A stretch of 37,913 nucleotides of DNA from positions 1-37,913 of the IMG/VR virus record IMGVR_UViG_3300022217_000193; one strand, 5' to 3'. Positions 9,493 to 18,124 of this stretch are shown piece after piece. The position numbers and the translations under genes were made by a program. The stretch is from a virus (Duplodnaviria > Caudoviricetes). The notes under the pieces are model-generated. The model did no database searches and was not told the origin of the DNA. It saw only the letters and a program-made list of their open reading frames with translations. Within the stretch, counting starts at the first letter, position 1. Every line of letters starts with the position of its first letter.

Positions 9493-9522
9493 AAAGAGGG
9501 GCGGAGCTTTCCGCCCCTCTTT
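9493..9522 (-). terminator. Intrinsic terminator after head genes
   Basis: AAAGAGGGGCGGA-GCTT-TCCGCCCCTCTTT perfect 13-bp stem. Confidence 0.75.
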
Positions 9523-9543
9523 GATCTATTCACCCTTTACGGG

Positions 9544-9975
9544 TTACGCTACAGGCAATACCTGGGCCTTGCTTCTCACAGCAAGAATACCGATGGGCGT
9601 TCCGTTAGTATGGGTGCCAGTCACGTTAATGACAGGGCGTACATACCTTTGACCACCGATATACTGGCAGCTATAAACAGCATCATCCTCTGCGGCATCA
9701 TCAATCTTGCCGAATGTGCCCACGTTGGTTCCGGCCACGCTTCCACGAACATCCGCATCGGGTGCGTCAGTAAAGGTACTGTTATCGGTAGATTCCTCCA
9801 CCTCCAGCTCAATATAGACAGAGCCTGAAAGAGTGTCGCCGCTCTCACCAATCAGGGCGTAAAAAGCAACACTGTTGTAACCTTTCATATCCACCGATGC
9901 TCCGTTGGCATCGGCAGTAATAACGACCGGATCAACGACCTGGTCACTCTTGAGATTGCTTAAAAGGTCTCTCAT
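9544..9975 (-). CDS. Putative capsid decoration/cement protein
   Basis: 143 aa beta-rich; GASVDMKGY...VEESTDNSTFTD...RYVR pattern common in genes after the major capsid gene; strong RBS. Confidence 0.6.
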   Translation of the reverse strand: MRDLLSNLKSDQVVDPVVITADANGASVDMKGYNSVAFYALIGESGDTLSGSVYIELEVEESTDNSTFTDAPDADVRGSVAGTNVGTFGKIDDAAEDDAVYSCQYIGGQRYVRPVINVTGTHTNGTPIGILAVRSKAQVLPVA

Positions 9976-10031
9976 TTTTCTGATTTCTCCTTTCGGTTAT
10001 TTGTGAGAGGCAAAGCCTCTCGGTTAAGGGT

Positions 10032-10400
10032 TTACTTCTTGTTGGGCTTTGACACCTTCTCCAGCTCGACAACCTTCGCCTCAGCATCATCAGCCCGCTT
10101 CTTTTCATCAGCGACAGATGTCTCCAGCTCGGCAATGCGGTTGTTCGCCTCATCCAAGGCAGTTTGAAGCTCGTCGGCTTTAGCCTTGTTCGCTTTTTCA
10201 GCCTCTTCACCAGCTTTCTTCCTTGCCGCTAAAACTTCAGGGTCAACATAAATCTCAGCTTTCCCCATCCTCACAAGAGCCTTGGCATCCTCACTAGAAA
10301 CGTCGGTAGGAATTTTGTACCTCTTACCTTCGACAAGTGACTTGCCGCCCGCACCGGTATTGCGAAGGGCCGTGATCTCGTAGTTACTGGAATCTTTCAT
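10032..10400 (-). CDS. Hypothetical head-region protein with C-terminal coiled coil
   Basis: Co-oriented ORF with RBS; DAKALVRMGKAE motif followed by Ala/Glu/Lys heptads. Confidence 0.65.
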   Translation of the reverse strand: MKDSSNYEITALRNTGAGGKSLVEGKRYKIPTDVSSEDAKALVRMGKAEIYVDPEVLAARKKAGEEAEKANKAKADELQTALDEANNRIAELETSVADEKKRADDAEAKVVELEKVSKPNKK

Positions 10401-10415
10401 TTTCTACCCCCTTTC

Positions 10416-12386
10416 TTAGTTAGTGCCTTCGGCAAAACTCTCGGGATGCCTTAAAGCCGTATCAACATCCTGAAGGATTCTCACTCTTACCGCACCGGAT
10501 GCACCACCGGTATAAGGATCAACCAGTACATCCTGTGTTCCCCACATTGCGATAATAAGGTCTATCCAGTTTCCAAAGAGCACCTTGCCTATTGGCATCT
10601 GATTTGTAACCTCTGTCTTGTAGCCGTTCATCTCACCTTTATCGAGAATAAACTGGCCCGTGCTTGCTGCCTTCTCTGTTTGCTTTAATTTACCAGCAAG
10701 TGTGGCATTAATAAGGTAGGCAAGTGCTCCAAAAAGGGCGTTATCTTTCGATACCTCGGTCTCAACGTCTACGATTTCACCGAAGAGAGGTGCATTGTCT
10801 GTAGCCCAGGGTATAGACCCGATACCTGTAGTATTTAATATCCCTAGCGGTTGGTTATCCGCACCGCTTCCGTTGATGGACGCAAGGTCAATAGCAAGAG
10901 CCAGAACCATGGCAAGGTCTCTTCTGACAAAAGCCTCAACATCAATACTGGACTGCTGGAGTGTTTTTCTTGAAATGTCTGTATAGGCACCCACCGTCTT
11001 TGGTGTTAAGCCTACCTGGCCGAGGGTTGGCTGGCTCTCAGTCGGCTCACCATTCTCATTAAGCCAGTAAGCGGTTGCACCGCCTGTCTGCTTAGGAATA
11101 GCAATATCACCAACAAGGCCACTTAGAACTGTTGCACCGAGGCCTTGCACCTTCATGGCATTCCGCAAAAGATCAATAAAACTGGCGGACATAAGATCAG
11201 TGCCGACAAGATAACCACCTGCCGTATCGGTACCGACAAGCATGTCCCTCTTTTGGTTTTGAACCTCAAAAGGTATGAATATCCCCTGCGGGGTTCTGCC
11301 AAGCTTCTTACCTACAGCCTGAGAGGCTTCAAATTCAAAAGCTGCGGCATCAAATGCTCGTTTATCCCCTGGATTAGCCAGGGCATTGATGGCCTTGACA
11401 AGCGAAAACCTTTTAGTCTCCTTGTCCGTCAATCCGATCTCTGGAGTTGCTGCCGGGTCCACTTTTTTGGCATCGTACTTCTGCTCAAGAATCGCCTCAC
11501 GAAGCTGATCAATGCTTTTGCCAGACTGCAAATACTCCCTTGCAAGGTCCTGGCAACCGTATTGTTCACCAAGGGATACAATCGCCGTGGCCCTTTCCAG
11601 AGCCCGTTTTGTTGCCTCAGCCTCAATTGCTTTTACATCCACCTGTTGAGAGGCCGGTGTCGGCCCTGCGGACCTTGCCGCTACTGCTCCGGTGCATCCA
11701 CACTGCCCACCAGGGGCAATCTCTGCGCCACAATGTTTACACTTTTCCATAGTCCTTTTTCCTCCTGTAATATTTATTTCGTTTTCTTCTTCCCCGTCCG
11801 ATCTGCCTACACCGACGGTCGTGTCTGCCGGGATGCTTACAAGAGATATCTCGTAAGGTTCCCAGTCGGTCGCCCGGTACTTGTCCGGTTGACCTTCTTT
11901 TTCCTCTTCCAGCTTCATCTCATAAATTCTGTAGCCAAAAGAGACATTACGGATGATACCGTCCAGCACGTCCTGGAATATCTCCTCGGCGCGGGCACTT
12001 TTGCCGAACCTGACAACGGCTCGACCTACACGGTCCTTGTCGATGATGATTTCTTCCGGGACGCCTATTTGCACATCAGTGTCATGATTCCAGAGCACTG
12101 CACCTGCATTTTTTAGCCTGTCGAGTCTGACCGATTTCCTGTCATGGTCGAGGATTTCATCCCCAAACCAGCGGTTAACCGGTTCCTCACTACTGAATGC
12201 CAGTGGCACGGTGCGCTTTTCCTCATCTACATCTGCGCGGTTAAACTCAAAAGTCCGCCGAAGCGGCTTACTTTTAATTTTCCTCATTAACGATGGAGTG
12301 CCTGCGCCCCTGGCTGCTACTGCTCCAGCGCAATTACACTGACCGCCTTCGGCAATCTCTGCACCACAATGCTCGCACTTTTTCAT
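10416..12386 (-). CDS. HK97-type prohead protease fused to major capsid protein
   Basis: Protease motifs LWNHD, VSFGY, EPYEISLVSIPAD; capsid motifs TAGGYLVGTD, IPKQTGGATAYW, VDPYT, RHPESF. Confidence 0.93.
   Translation of the reverse strand: MKKCEHCGAEIAEGGQCNCAGAVAARGAGTPSLMRKIKSKPLRRTFEFNRADVDEEKRTVPLAFSSEEPVNRWFGDEILDHDRKSVRLDRLKNAGAVLWNHDTDVQIGVPEEIIIDKDRVGRAVVRFGKSARAEEIFQDVLDGIIRNVSFGYRIYEMKLEEEKEGQPDKYRATDWEPYEISLVSIPADTTVGVGRSDGEEENEINITGGKRTMEKCKHCGAEIAPGGQCGCTGAVAARSAGPTPASQQVDVKAIEAEATKRALERATAIVSLGEQYGCQDLAREYLQSGKSIDQLREAILEQKYDAKKVDPAATPEIGLTDKETKRFSLVKAINALANPGDKRAFDAAAFEFEASQAVGKKLGRTPQGIFIPFEVQNQKRDMLVGTDTAGGYLVGTDLMSASFIDLLRNAMKVQGLGATVLSGLVGDIAIPKQTGGATAYWLNENGEPTESQPTLGQVGLTPKTVGAYTDISRKTLQQSSIDVEAFVRRDLAMVLALAIDLASINGSGADNQPLGILNTTGIGSIPWATDNAPLFGEIVDVETEVSKDNALFGALAYLINATLAGKLKQTEKAASTGQFILDKGEMNGYKTEVTNQMPIGKVLFGNWIDLIIAMWGTQDVLVDPYTGGASGAVRVRILQDVDTALRHPESFAEGTN
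11748..11765 (-). promoter_or_regulatory. Internal translation start for the capsid moiety (Met213)
   Basis: GGAGG-AAAAAGGACT-ATG, in frame, at the protease/capsid boundary. Confidence 0.65.
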
Positions 12387-13879
12387 GTTTCTTCTTCCTC
12401 CTCTCCGGTTTTCCCCTCCTCTTTGGGAGGAGATATCAGCTTTATTTCTATCCCCCTTCGGGCCATTTCAGCTTCTTCATATTCAATTTCGTCCATGAGG
12501 TCATCAAAGTCGATGCCTCTTTTTGCAAGGATGCGAGTGAGAGATGTCATTCTGTTATCCCTGGCATCAATGTCGGCATTAACATCCTTTTGAGGGTCTA
12601 CCCAGTCCCATCCCCTGAACTGCCACTTAGGGAAATTAAAACGTTCTATCTGTTCAACTGGGAGTTTGATTTGCTGAGTAAGGAGAGACATCTCCAGGAC
12701 ATCGGGGAAAATATCATCATGTACATTCTCACCCATAGCGGCTTGTAAGATACGGTACATATCGCGCTCAGAAAGTGTCCCTGATCGGATAGAGGAGAAA
12801 TTAACTCCCTCAAGGTCATTAGCAAGGTTGTTGTATAAAATCCCCATCCCGGAAGAGGCCCCCCGGAGAGCGGCCTTGATAAAGTCACCGAATTGGTCAT
12901 GCGGATAGGTAGGGTCAAAGGTTTTGAAATCCATTCCCAGAGGTAGTTTTTCAAAGACACCAGGCTCGACCTCACTGATCGGGTTGCCCTGGGCGTCTTT
13001 GTCATCGCCCTCATATTCCTGATTACCCGTCTCAGAAGTATAAAAGCCCATCTTAGATGCGCCAATACGGGCGGCAATAAGCGCGGCCTCTTCATAACCG
13101 CCAAGGTTACGCAGGCGAATGATGGCTGTATGTAACCACGGTACGCCCCGGCTCTGGTCCTCTCTCTCCTGTGTAAAGAGATGAATCATTTCATCAGCAG
13201 GGATGCGGATGCGCTCCTTGCCGTTAAAGAAGTAACTTGACTCACTTGGACTTTTAACATCAACGTGATAGGCGACAGGGGCCTTCCATGAGTCATACTC
13301 GATCCCCATTTTAATGACGTTACCGTTTTGCAGCTCCATATTGAACTCTGTATCAATATGGTCTGGCATGATGAATTGGAGAGCAAAGCGGAATTCGTTA
13401 TCATATCCCTTGACCTTGCGAATAAAGACCTCACCGTCTCTAGCCCAGGAGTGAATAATTTGCCATTGGGTTTCCAGCCATGAACGCTGTCGGGTGACGG
13501 TGCAGTTCTTCTTTTTACCCCATCGCTTCCAGCCATCCTCGACCTTTTTGTTGGCTGAGACATTCGGCTTGCCTGAGCCGTTTTTGATCTTTGATTGAAG
13601 CCTTATTCCTTCCGGGCCGACGACGTTTATTTTGAGATGACGGAAGAAAGCCTTTGCATAGTCATTGTTACGGTCCAGGTCACGGCTTCGCGCCCGGAGT
13701 GTGGGGAGCTGCCAGCGAAGGACCTCATCTGCCGTCTTGCTGGAAGTAAGAAAATCGGCAGTCAGTTCTGTTCTTGCTGCACCGGCATAATTGCGGACAG
13801 GTGCAGGGGCCGCTTTTAACAATCCAACCCTCTCAAGTTGCCTTGAAAGGAAAGAACTTTTTATGCGCCTTATCTGCAT
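12383..13879 (-). CDS. Portal protein, lambda family
   Basis: LRARSRDLDRNN, QSRGVPW, VNFSSIR, WVDPQKD motifs. Confidence 0.93.
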   Translation of the reverse strand: MQIRRIKSSFLSRQLERVGLLKAAPAPVRNYAGAARTELTADFLTSSKTADEVLRWQLPTLRARSRDLDRNNDYAKAFFRHLKINVVGPEGIRLQSKIKNGSGKPNVSANKKVEDGWKRWGKKKNCTVTRQRSWLETQWQIIHSWARDGEVFIRKVKGYDNEFRFALQFIMPDHIDTEFNMELQNGNVIKMGIEYDSWKAPVAYHVDVKSPSESSYFFNGKERIRIPADEMIHLFTQEREDQSRGVPWLHTAIIRLRNLGGYEEAALIAARIGASKMGFYTSETGNQEYEGDDKDAQGNPISEVEPGVFEKLPLGMDFKTFDPTYPHDQFGDFIKAALRGASSGMGILYNNLANDLEGVNFSSIRSGTLSERDMYRILQAAMGENVHDDIFPDVLEMSLLTQQIKLPVEQIERFNFPKWQFRGWDWVDPQKDVNADIDARDNRMTSLTRILAKRGIDFDDLMDEIEYEEAEMARRGIEIKLISPPKEEGKTGEEEEET

Positions 13880-14436
13880 TAAATAAACCTCGTTTTTATC
13901 TTGTTGCCCGAGCCAAGGCCTTTGGAAACACGCTCCGCCATCAGCTCCGCCTGATACTCAGTATTGTATTTATCGCGCCAGACAAGCATCTGTTCCGGTG
14001 TCATGCGCTGTATGGCTATGCCATCAACTTGGGTGGATAGCTGGTCTTTACTGGCTTTTTTGAGGATGGCCGCTTCCAGCGCATCGAGAGTCTTTTTGAC
14101 GTGTGACCGGGGGTCGTAACCTGCCCCTTTTGTGGTTAAATCAATTTTGAGGGTACAATTTCCCTGCCCTACCGTGTAGGTGTCAGTTCCGTCTGAGACC
14201 TTTGCCGTCCAAGTGTAATCGCCTGATTTGTAGAGGGTAGTTACTGCGGGAGCCACACTAACGGCGAAATATTCACCATCAGCCGAGGCGGTGATATTGA
14301 AAGTCCCATTAGGACCACGGAAATAATATGTCAGTGTCCAGGTAGAGGCGGGATAATCGCCGGAAAGGTCCTGTCGATTCCACTTGAGGGTGTCGCCAGG
14401 GTAAAACTCTGTCGGTTCTGTTGTGGGTATATCCAT
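13879..14436 (-). CDS. gpW-like head-tail adaptor with extra N-terminal domain
   Basis: Between TerL and portal; likely ATG at 14436 (MDIPTTEP); C-terminal SHVKKTLDALEAAI...QVDGIAIQR is gpW-like. Confidence 0.65.
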   Translation of the reverse strand: MDIPTTEPTEFYPGDTLKWNRQDLSGDYPASTWTLTYYFRGPNGTFNITASADGEYFAVSVAPAVTTLYKSGDYTWTAKVSDGTDTYTVGQGNCTLKIDLTTKGAGYDPRSHVKKTLDALEAAILKKASKDQLSTQVDGIAIQRMTPEQMLVWRDKYNTEYQAELMAERVSKGLGSGNKIKTRFI

Positions 14437-14451
14437 TTTCACCTGAAAATA

Positions 14452-14501
14452 AAAAAAGGGGACCGGCTCGCGCACGTGTGCGCTTGTTTGCCGGTCCCCT
14501 T
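14452..14501 (-). terminator. Stem-loop with U-tract upstream of head genes
   Basis: GGGGACCGGC...GCCGGTCCCC followed by T7 on the minus strand. Confidence 0.6.
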
Positions 14502-14604
14502 CATTGGTTTATGAAAAGGTTATGTTGAAAACTATTTTATGTCATAAATATCGTCTTGTATACTCGCACTTGCTCGGTGTTGGTAGGTGTTGGTAGGTGT
14601 TTTT

Positions 14605-14802
14605 TTACCTTTCCATTTCATTTACAGTCAATTTCATGGATTCCTGGACCCGGAGGACTTCTTCCGATCTTATTTCGTAGCCTCCCGGTTTTTTCCTCAC
14701 ACTGTCAAGGGCATAGATTCCTTCTTTAATCCATCTCCGCTGGGTAAAAACAGAATTGTTAAACTTTTTCGCCACAACACTTAATGATAGCCAGTCTTTC
14801 AT
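14605..14802 (-). CDS. Small helix-turn-helix protein (MerR/Xis-like)
   Basis: WLSLSVVAKKFNNSVFTQRRWIKEG...PGGYEI. Confidence 0.65.
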   Translation of the reverse strand: MKDWLSLSVVAKKFNNSVFTQRRWIKEGIYALDSVRKKPGGYEIRSEEVLRVQESMKLTVNEMER

Positions 14803-14814
14803 TACAGCCCCCTC

Positions 14815-14976
14815 TTATTTAGGTATATAGACATAACGGGAAAGACGCCAGCGCCAGATAAAGCCGGGCATCCACCTCGGTTTCTCTTTAACAAAATATT
14901 CATGGAACATAACCAGCAGCTCCGGAGAATGTCTTTTTAATAGTTGCCTCTGTTTCTTTGCATTCTTATGACTCAT
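14815..14976 (-). CDS. Small basic hypothetical protein (53 aa)
   Basis: AAGGAGG RBS; MSHKNAKKQRQ...YVYIPK fills the gap after TerL; below the ORF-track cutoff. Confidence 0.6.
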   Translation of the reverse strand: MSHKNAKKQRQLLKRHSPELLVMFHEYFVKEKPRWMPGFIWRWRLSRYVYIPK

Positions 14977-14986
14977 GATTTCCTCC

Positions 14987-16924
14987 TTAATATCTTTTTA
15001 AAAATCCGGTTTTTTTCCGAGGATTAACGGGCTTTCTCTTTAGCGGATTAACCTCTTGCTGCTCTTCCTCTTTCTCCGGTTCGGCATTCATCGCCTCTAT
15101 CTGCCTTTGTATATTTGCCGCCAGCTTCTCAAAATTCGGATTAAGCGCCTCGATCATTGCGTAGTTACCGACGCAGAGGTCAAGTGGTTCGTTCCTGGAG
15201 CCTTCTACTTTCAGGACCCAGCGGCGTTGGCCTTTCCGGGTGACGGCGTGCTCTGAACATAACCCTTTAAAATAGTCATGAGGGTAGCCTTTGTGATAGT
15301 GCATAAATCCGGGGCCGTGATCTTCCATTTGTAGCCATTGCAAAAGTTGATCTTTTGCCGTTTCGGTGCCCATGATGCAAAGGTTTACTTTCTTCAGGTC
15401 TTTAAGGGTCTTCTTTTTCGACCGGCTCAGATTGATCGTTGAAAAGCTGAAAAGCGGCTTGCCGACCGTCGATGACCCCTTCGTCGCATAAACCCGCTTT
15501 ATCTCCCTGGGCTTAACAAATTTGTAGACCTTGGGGGCCAGATAACCGGAGTCAATCCCGGCAATGGCAATCTTTAAATCTATACCGCTTTCGTGCCTGA
15601 ACTTCCTGGAGAGATATTCATCGAGCTTGCCCCACACTTCAGGGCGGGAAGGGTTGCCGGGAATCTGCCGGTAATCAATGCCCCAGTTTTCCTGCTCCTC
15701 ACCCCATGCCTTTGTCTCCAGCTCCAGCCTGTTTGCCTGCACGTCAATAAAGCAGCTCAACACACTCGCCTGCATAGGCACAACCCAGTCGGCATCTTTC
15801 GGGCCGTAATCCTCCCGTCGATCGTAAAGCACATCTTCCGTCAGGCCTTCGCCTTCTTCCGATTCGATGAAGGGCCATGCCATATAGTCGTTATACAGGT
15901 CAATGAGTTTTGCCCTGTTGGTTTTTGACTCGATGGCACAAACGGCAATTTCTGTGAAGGTGACATCTGATGAAAGCCAGCCGGGCTTGTGAAAAGCGAC
16001 GGAAGTCGGCTCTTTGATATCCTGCCCTTTGTACCTGACCCATTTACCCCTGCGGACGGCAAGGTTTCTCTTTGCCTCTTTCCACTGGCTCGGGCAATGG
16101 GGGCACTCATACCAGGCAAGACCTTCCGCCTCGATTTCCTCTTTTGTTTTATCTTCGGGCCACTTGATATTGTCGAAGGTCATTAACTGCTCAGTGCCGC
16201 AGTCGGGGCAAACAACATGACGGCGGTACTGTACCTGGGCGGAGTTGAAAGCAACGTAAACGTGGCCCTCTTCATTCGTCGGCGTAGAGGTGATAAGCAG
16301 CTTGTAGGTATCGCCGTAAGTTCTTTTTCTTTTTCGGGCAAGGCTGATCGGGTCGGTTTCCTTGCCGACGGTGATGTCGTACTTGTCCACCTCGTCGAGC
16401 AGAATATATTTAATCGCCTTTGATGCAAGGCGGCTGGCAGAGTTGGCCCATGCCGTGTAAATGATGGCCGAGTTATTAAGCTTGATGTGATACTTTGCCG
16501 TGTCGTCGGGATTATCCGACTTGTATTGTGAAAGCTGGGGGCCTTCCTCTATCATGGGAATGATGCGGTCATCCGTGAACTCGCGAACGTCATCACGGGT
16601 GGGGAAGGTGACAAGAACTTCCGCCGGGTCCTGGTCGATAAAGGAAGCAAGACAATTCAAGATGACATTGGACTTGCCGCCCTGGGCCGTCCCCATAAAG
16701 ACTACTTCCCGGACGTGCTCCTCTCCGATGGTGTCCATAATGAAAGCGAGGTCCGGCGTGATCTCATTCCGCCATGCGCCGGTATGGTTTCCCCTGGCTA
16801 CATGTTGGTATTTTTCCGACCAGTCGGAAATGGGGAGCTTCTCTTTTGTCTCCGCTGCCCGGCGTTCCTGGGCAGTGAAGGAAAAAGGATAGTACATATC
16901 TGTTTGTGCTGCTTCAGCTTGCAT
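14987..16924 (-). CDS. Terminase large subunit, lambda GpA family
   Basis: Walker A MGTAQGGKS, Walker B ILLDEVD, TSTPT, CPDC/CPHC zinc finger, nuclease IDVQ, IDSGY, RNEPLD. Confidence 0.95.
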   Translation of the reverse strand: MQAEAAQTDMYYPFSFTAQERRAAETKEKLPISDWSEKYQHVARGNHTGAWRNEITPDLAFIMDTIGEEHVREVVFMGTAQGGKSNVILNCLASFIDQDPAEVLVTFPTRDDVREFTDDRIIPMIEEGPQLSQYKSDNPDDTAKYHIKLNNSAIIYTAWANSASRLASKAIKYILLDEVDKYDITVGKETDPISLARKRKRTYGDTYKLLITSTPTNEEGHVYVAFNSAQVQYRRHVVCPDCGTEQLMTFDNIKWPEDKTKEEIEAEGLAWYECPHCPSQWKEAKRNLAVRRGKWVRYKGQDIKEPTSVAFHKPGWLSSDVTFTEIAVCAIESKTNRAKLIDLYNDYMAWPFIESEEGEGLTEDVLYDRREDYGPKDADWVVPMQASVLSCFIDVQANRLELETKAWGEEQENWGIDYRQIPGNPSRPEVWGKLDEYLSRKFRHESGIDLKIAIAGIDSGYLAPKVYKFVKPREIKRVYATKGSSTVGKPLFSFSTINLSRSKKKTLKDLKKVNLCIMGTETAKDQLLQWLQMEDHGPGFMHYHKGYPHDYFKGLCSEHAVTRKGQRRWVLKVEGSRNEPLDLCVGNYAMIEALNPNFEKLAANIQRQIEAMNAEPEKEEEQQEVNPLKRKPVNPRKKTGFLKRY

Positions 16925-17504
16925 TTGCCTCTTCCGCCTCTATAAGTGCAATCTCTTTTTCCAATTCACTGATACCCACATTAAACCGCATAGGCTTCGC
17001 GTATTTATTGAGCCGCTGGTCTGTCTTTTCATTGAGGTATTTCTGGAGGGCCTTCTCTTTTTCTATATCCCCACCAACAAGCTCAATAATTTCAGCGGCC
17101 TTGACTTTATTGTCGGTCTTTTCATCCTTACGGAGTTGAATCATCCGCGCAACGAGTTCGCGGTTGACTTTTGAGCGTTCGATGAGGAGGCCTTCGGCAG
17201 TAGCGTTTTCCCTTTCGATTTTGTCCGCTTTTAGCCTGGCATAACGCAACTCCTCCAGCTTGATCTCCTCAGAGACTTTCATGTCATCTTTAGAGAGCAC
17301 CCCGTCTTTAAGGTCCCAGTTCTGTTTGGCATAGAAATCAACATCAGACTGAAGCCACTTGCCGTCCTGGCGGGGCAGACCGTTAAGATGTTTTGAAAGC
17401 TTTGAATTGAGCTTGCTCTTGCCGCTGACAGTGATGTCATAACCCTTATCAATCAGGTATGTCTGAACGGCGGTTTTTGTATCGAATGTCTGTTTGTCAC
17501 CCAT
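16914..17504 (-). CDS. Terminase small subunit (Nu1-like)
   Basis: Overlaps the TerL start; coiled coil ending in EGLLIERSKV as in Nu1-type proteins. Confidence 0.75.
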   Translation of the reverse strand: MGDKQTFDTKTAVQTYLIDKGYDITVSGKSKLNSKLSKHLNGLPRQDGKWLQSDVDFYAKQNWDLKDGVLSKDDMKVSEEIKLEELRYARLKADKIERENATAEGLLIERSKVNRELVARMIQLRKDEKTDNKVKAAEIIELVGGDIEKEKALQKYLNEKTDQRLNKYAKPMRFNVGISELEKEIALIEAEEANAS

Positions 17505-17560
17505 ACATGTCCCTTTACATTCTCAGTTCTGATGTTAAGCTTTTAACAGGAGGTGGTGCC

Positions 17561-17797
17561 ATGCCTGAAAGAAAGCTGATTACTAAAGAAGAACTGATTG
17601 AGATTCTTAGTGATGAAATAAAAAAAATACCTGAGTGTGAAGGTGTCAAAGTTCGTCTTCGAGGCCCAACAGAGGAAGACGCCACAGGCTGTAATTGGGT
17701 GCCCTGCTTCCTTGAGGGAAAAGAAATTTCACGGGAATGCAAAGTAAAATGGCTCGAAACTGGTGACAAGTTGCGAGCTAAATATAATTTAAAGTAA
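17561..17797 (+). CDS. Hypothetical protein (78 aa), opposite-strand accessory gene
   Basis: AGGAGGTGG RBS before ATG 17561; MPERKLITKEEL...GCNW. Confidence 0.65.
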   Translation: MPERKLITKEELIEILSDEIKKIPECEGVKVRLRGPTEEDATGCNWVPCFLEGKEISRECKVKWLETGDKLRAKYNLK

Positions 17798-17892
17798 GTT
17801 TTTTTAATTATTATCCCCTTTACAATTGAATAACTAATACTTATCTTGTTTAGATAAGGCTTTTGCCTTAAATAAGCAAGTGAGGTTTTTAA

Positions 17893-18084
17893 ATGTTGAA
17901 ATGCTATTCTTGTGGTTCTCCGTTGGCTGGCGATACCTGCACCGATACTAATGGAGAAACAGCTATAAAGTGCAACAATGATTCTTGTGGTAGGTCTAAT
18001 GTCCTGATGCTCTCCTCTGACCCAGATACAGGCGCTGAAATTTATGTCGTCAACGAAGCTATTTCTCGAATCAAAAGCAAATAA
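17893..18084 (+). CDS. Small Cys-rich (zinc-ribbon-like) hypothetical protein
   Basis: GAGG RBS; CxxC...C...CxxxxC. Confidence 0.55.
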   Translation: MLKCYSCGSPLAGDTCTDTNGETAIKCNNDSCGRSNVLMLSSDPDTGAEIYVVNEAISRIKSK

Positions 18085-18124
18085 GTTTTTTATTCCTTCC
18101 GTCATTTTCCGGCCCTTTCCGTGG

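Noticed and set aside
11145-12116. 323-aa plus-strand ORF and other long antisense ORFs (e.g. 19019..19630, 17515..18105, 28672..29196)
   Set aside because: Shadow frames of well-supported genes, without motifs or RBS.
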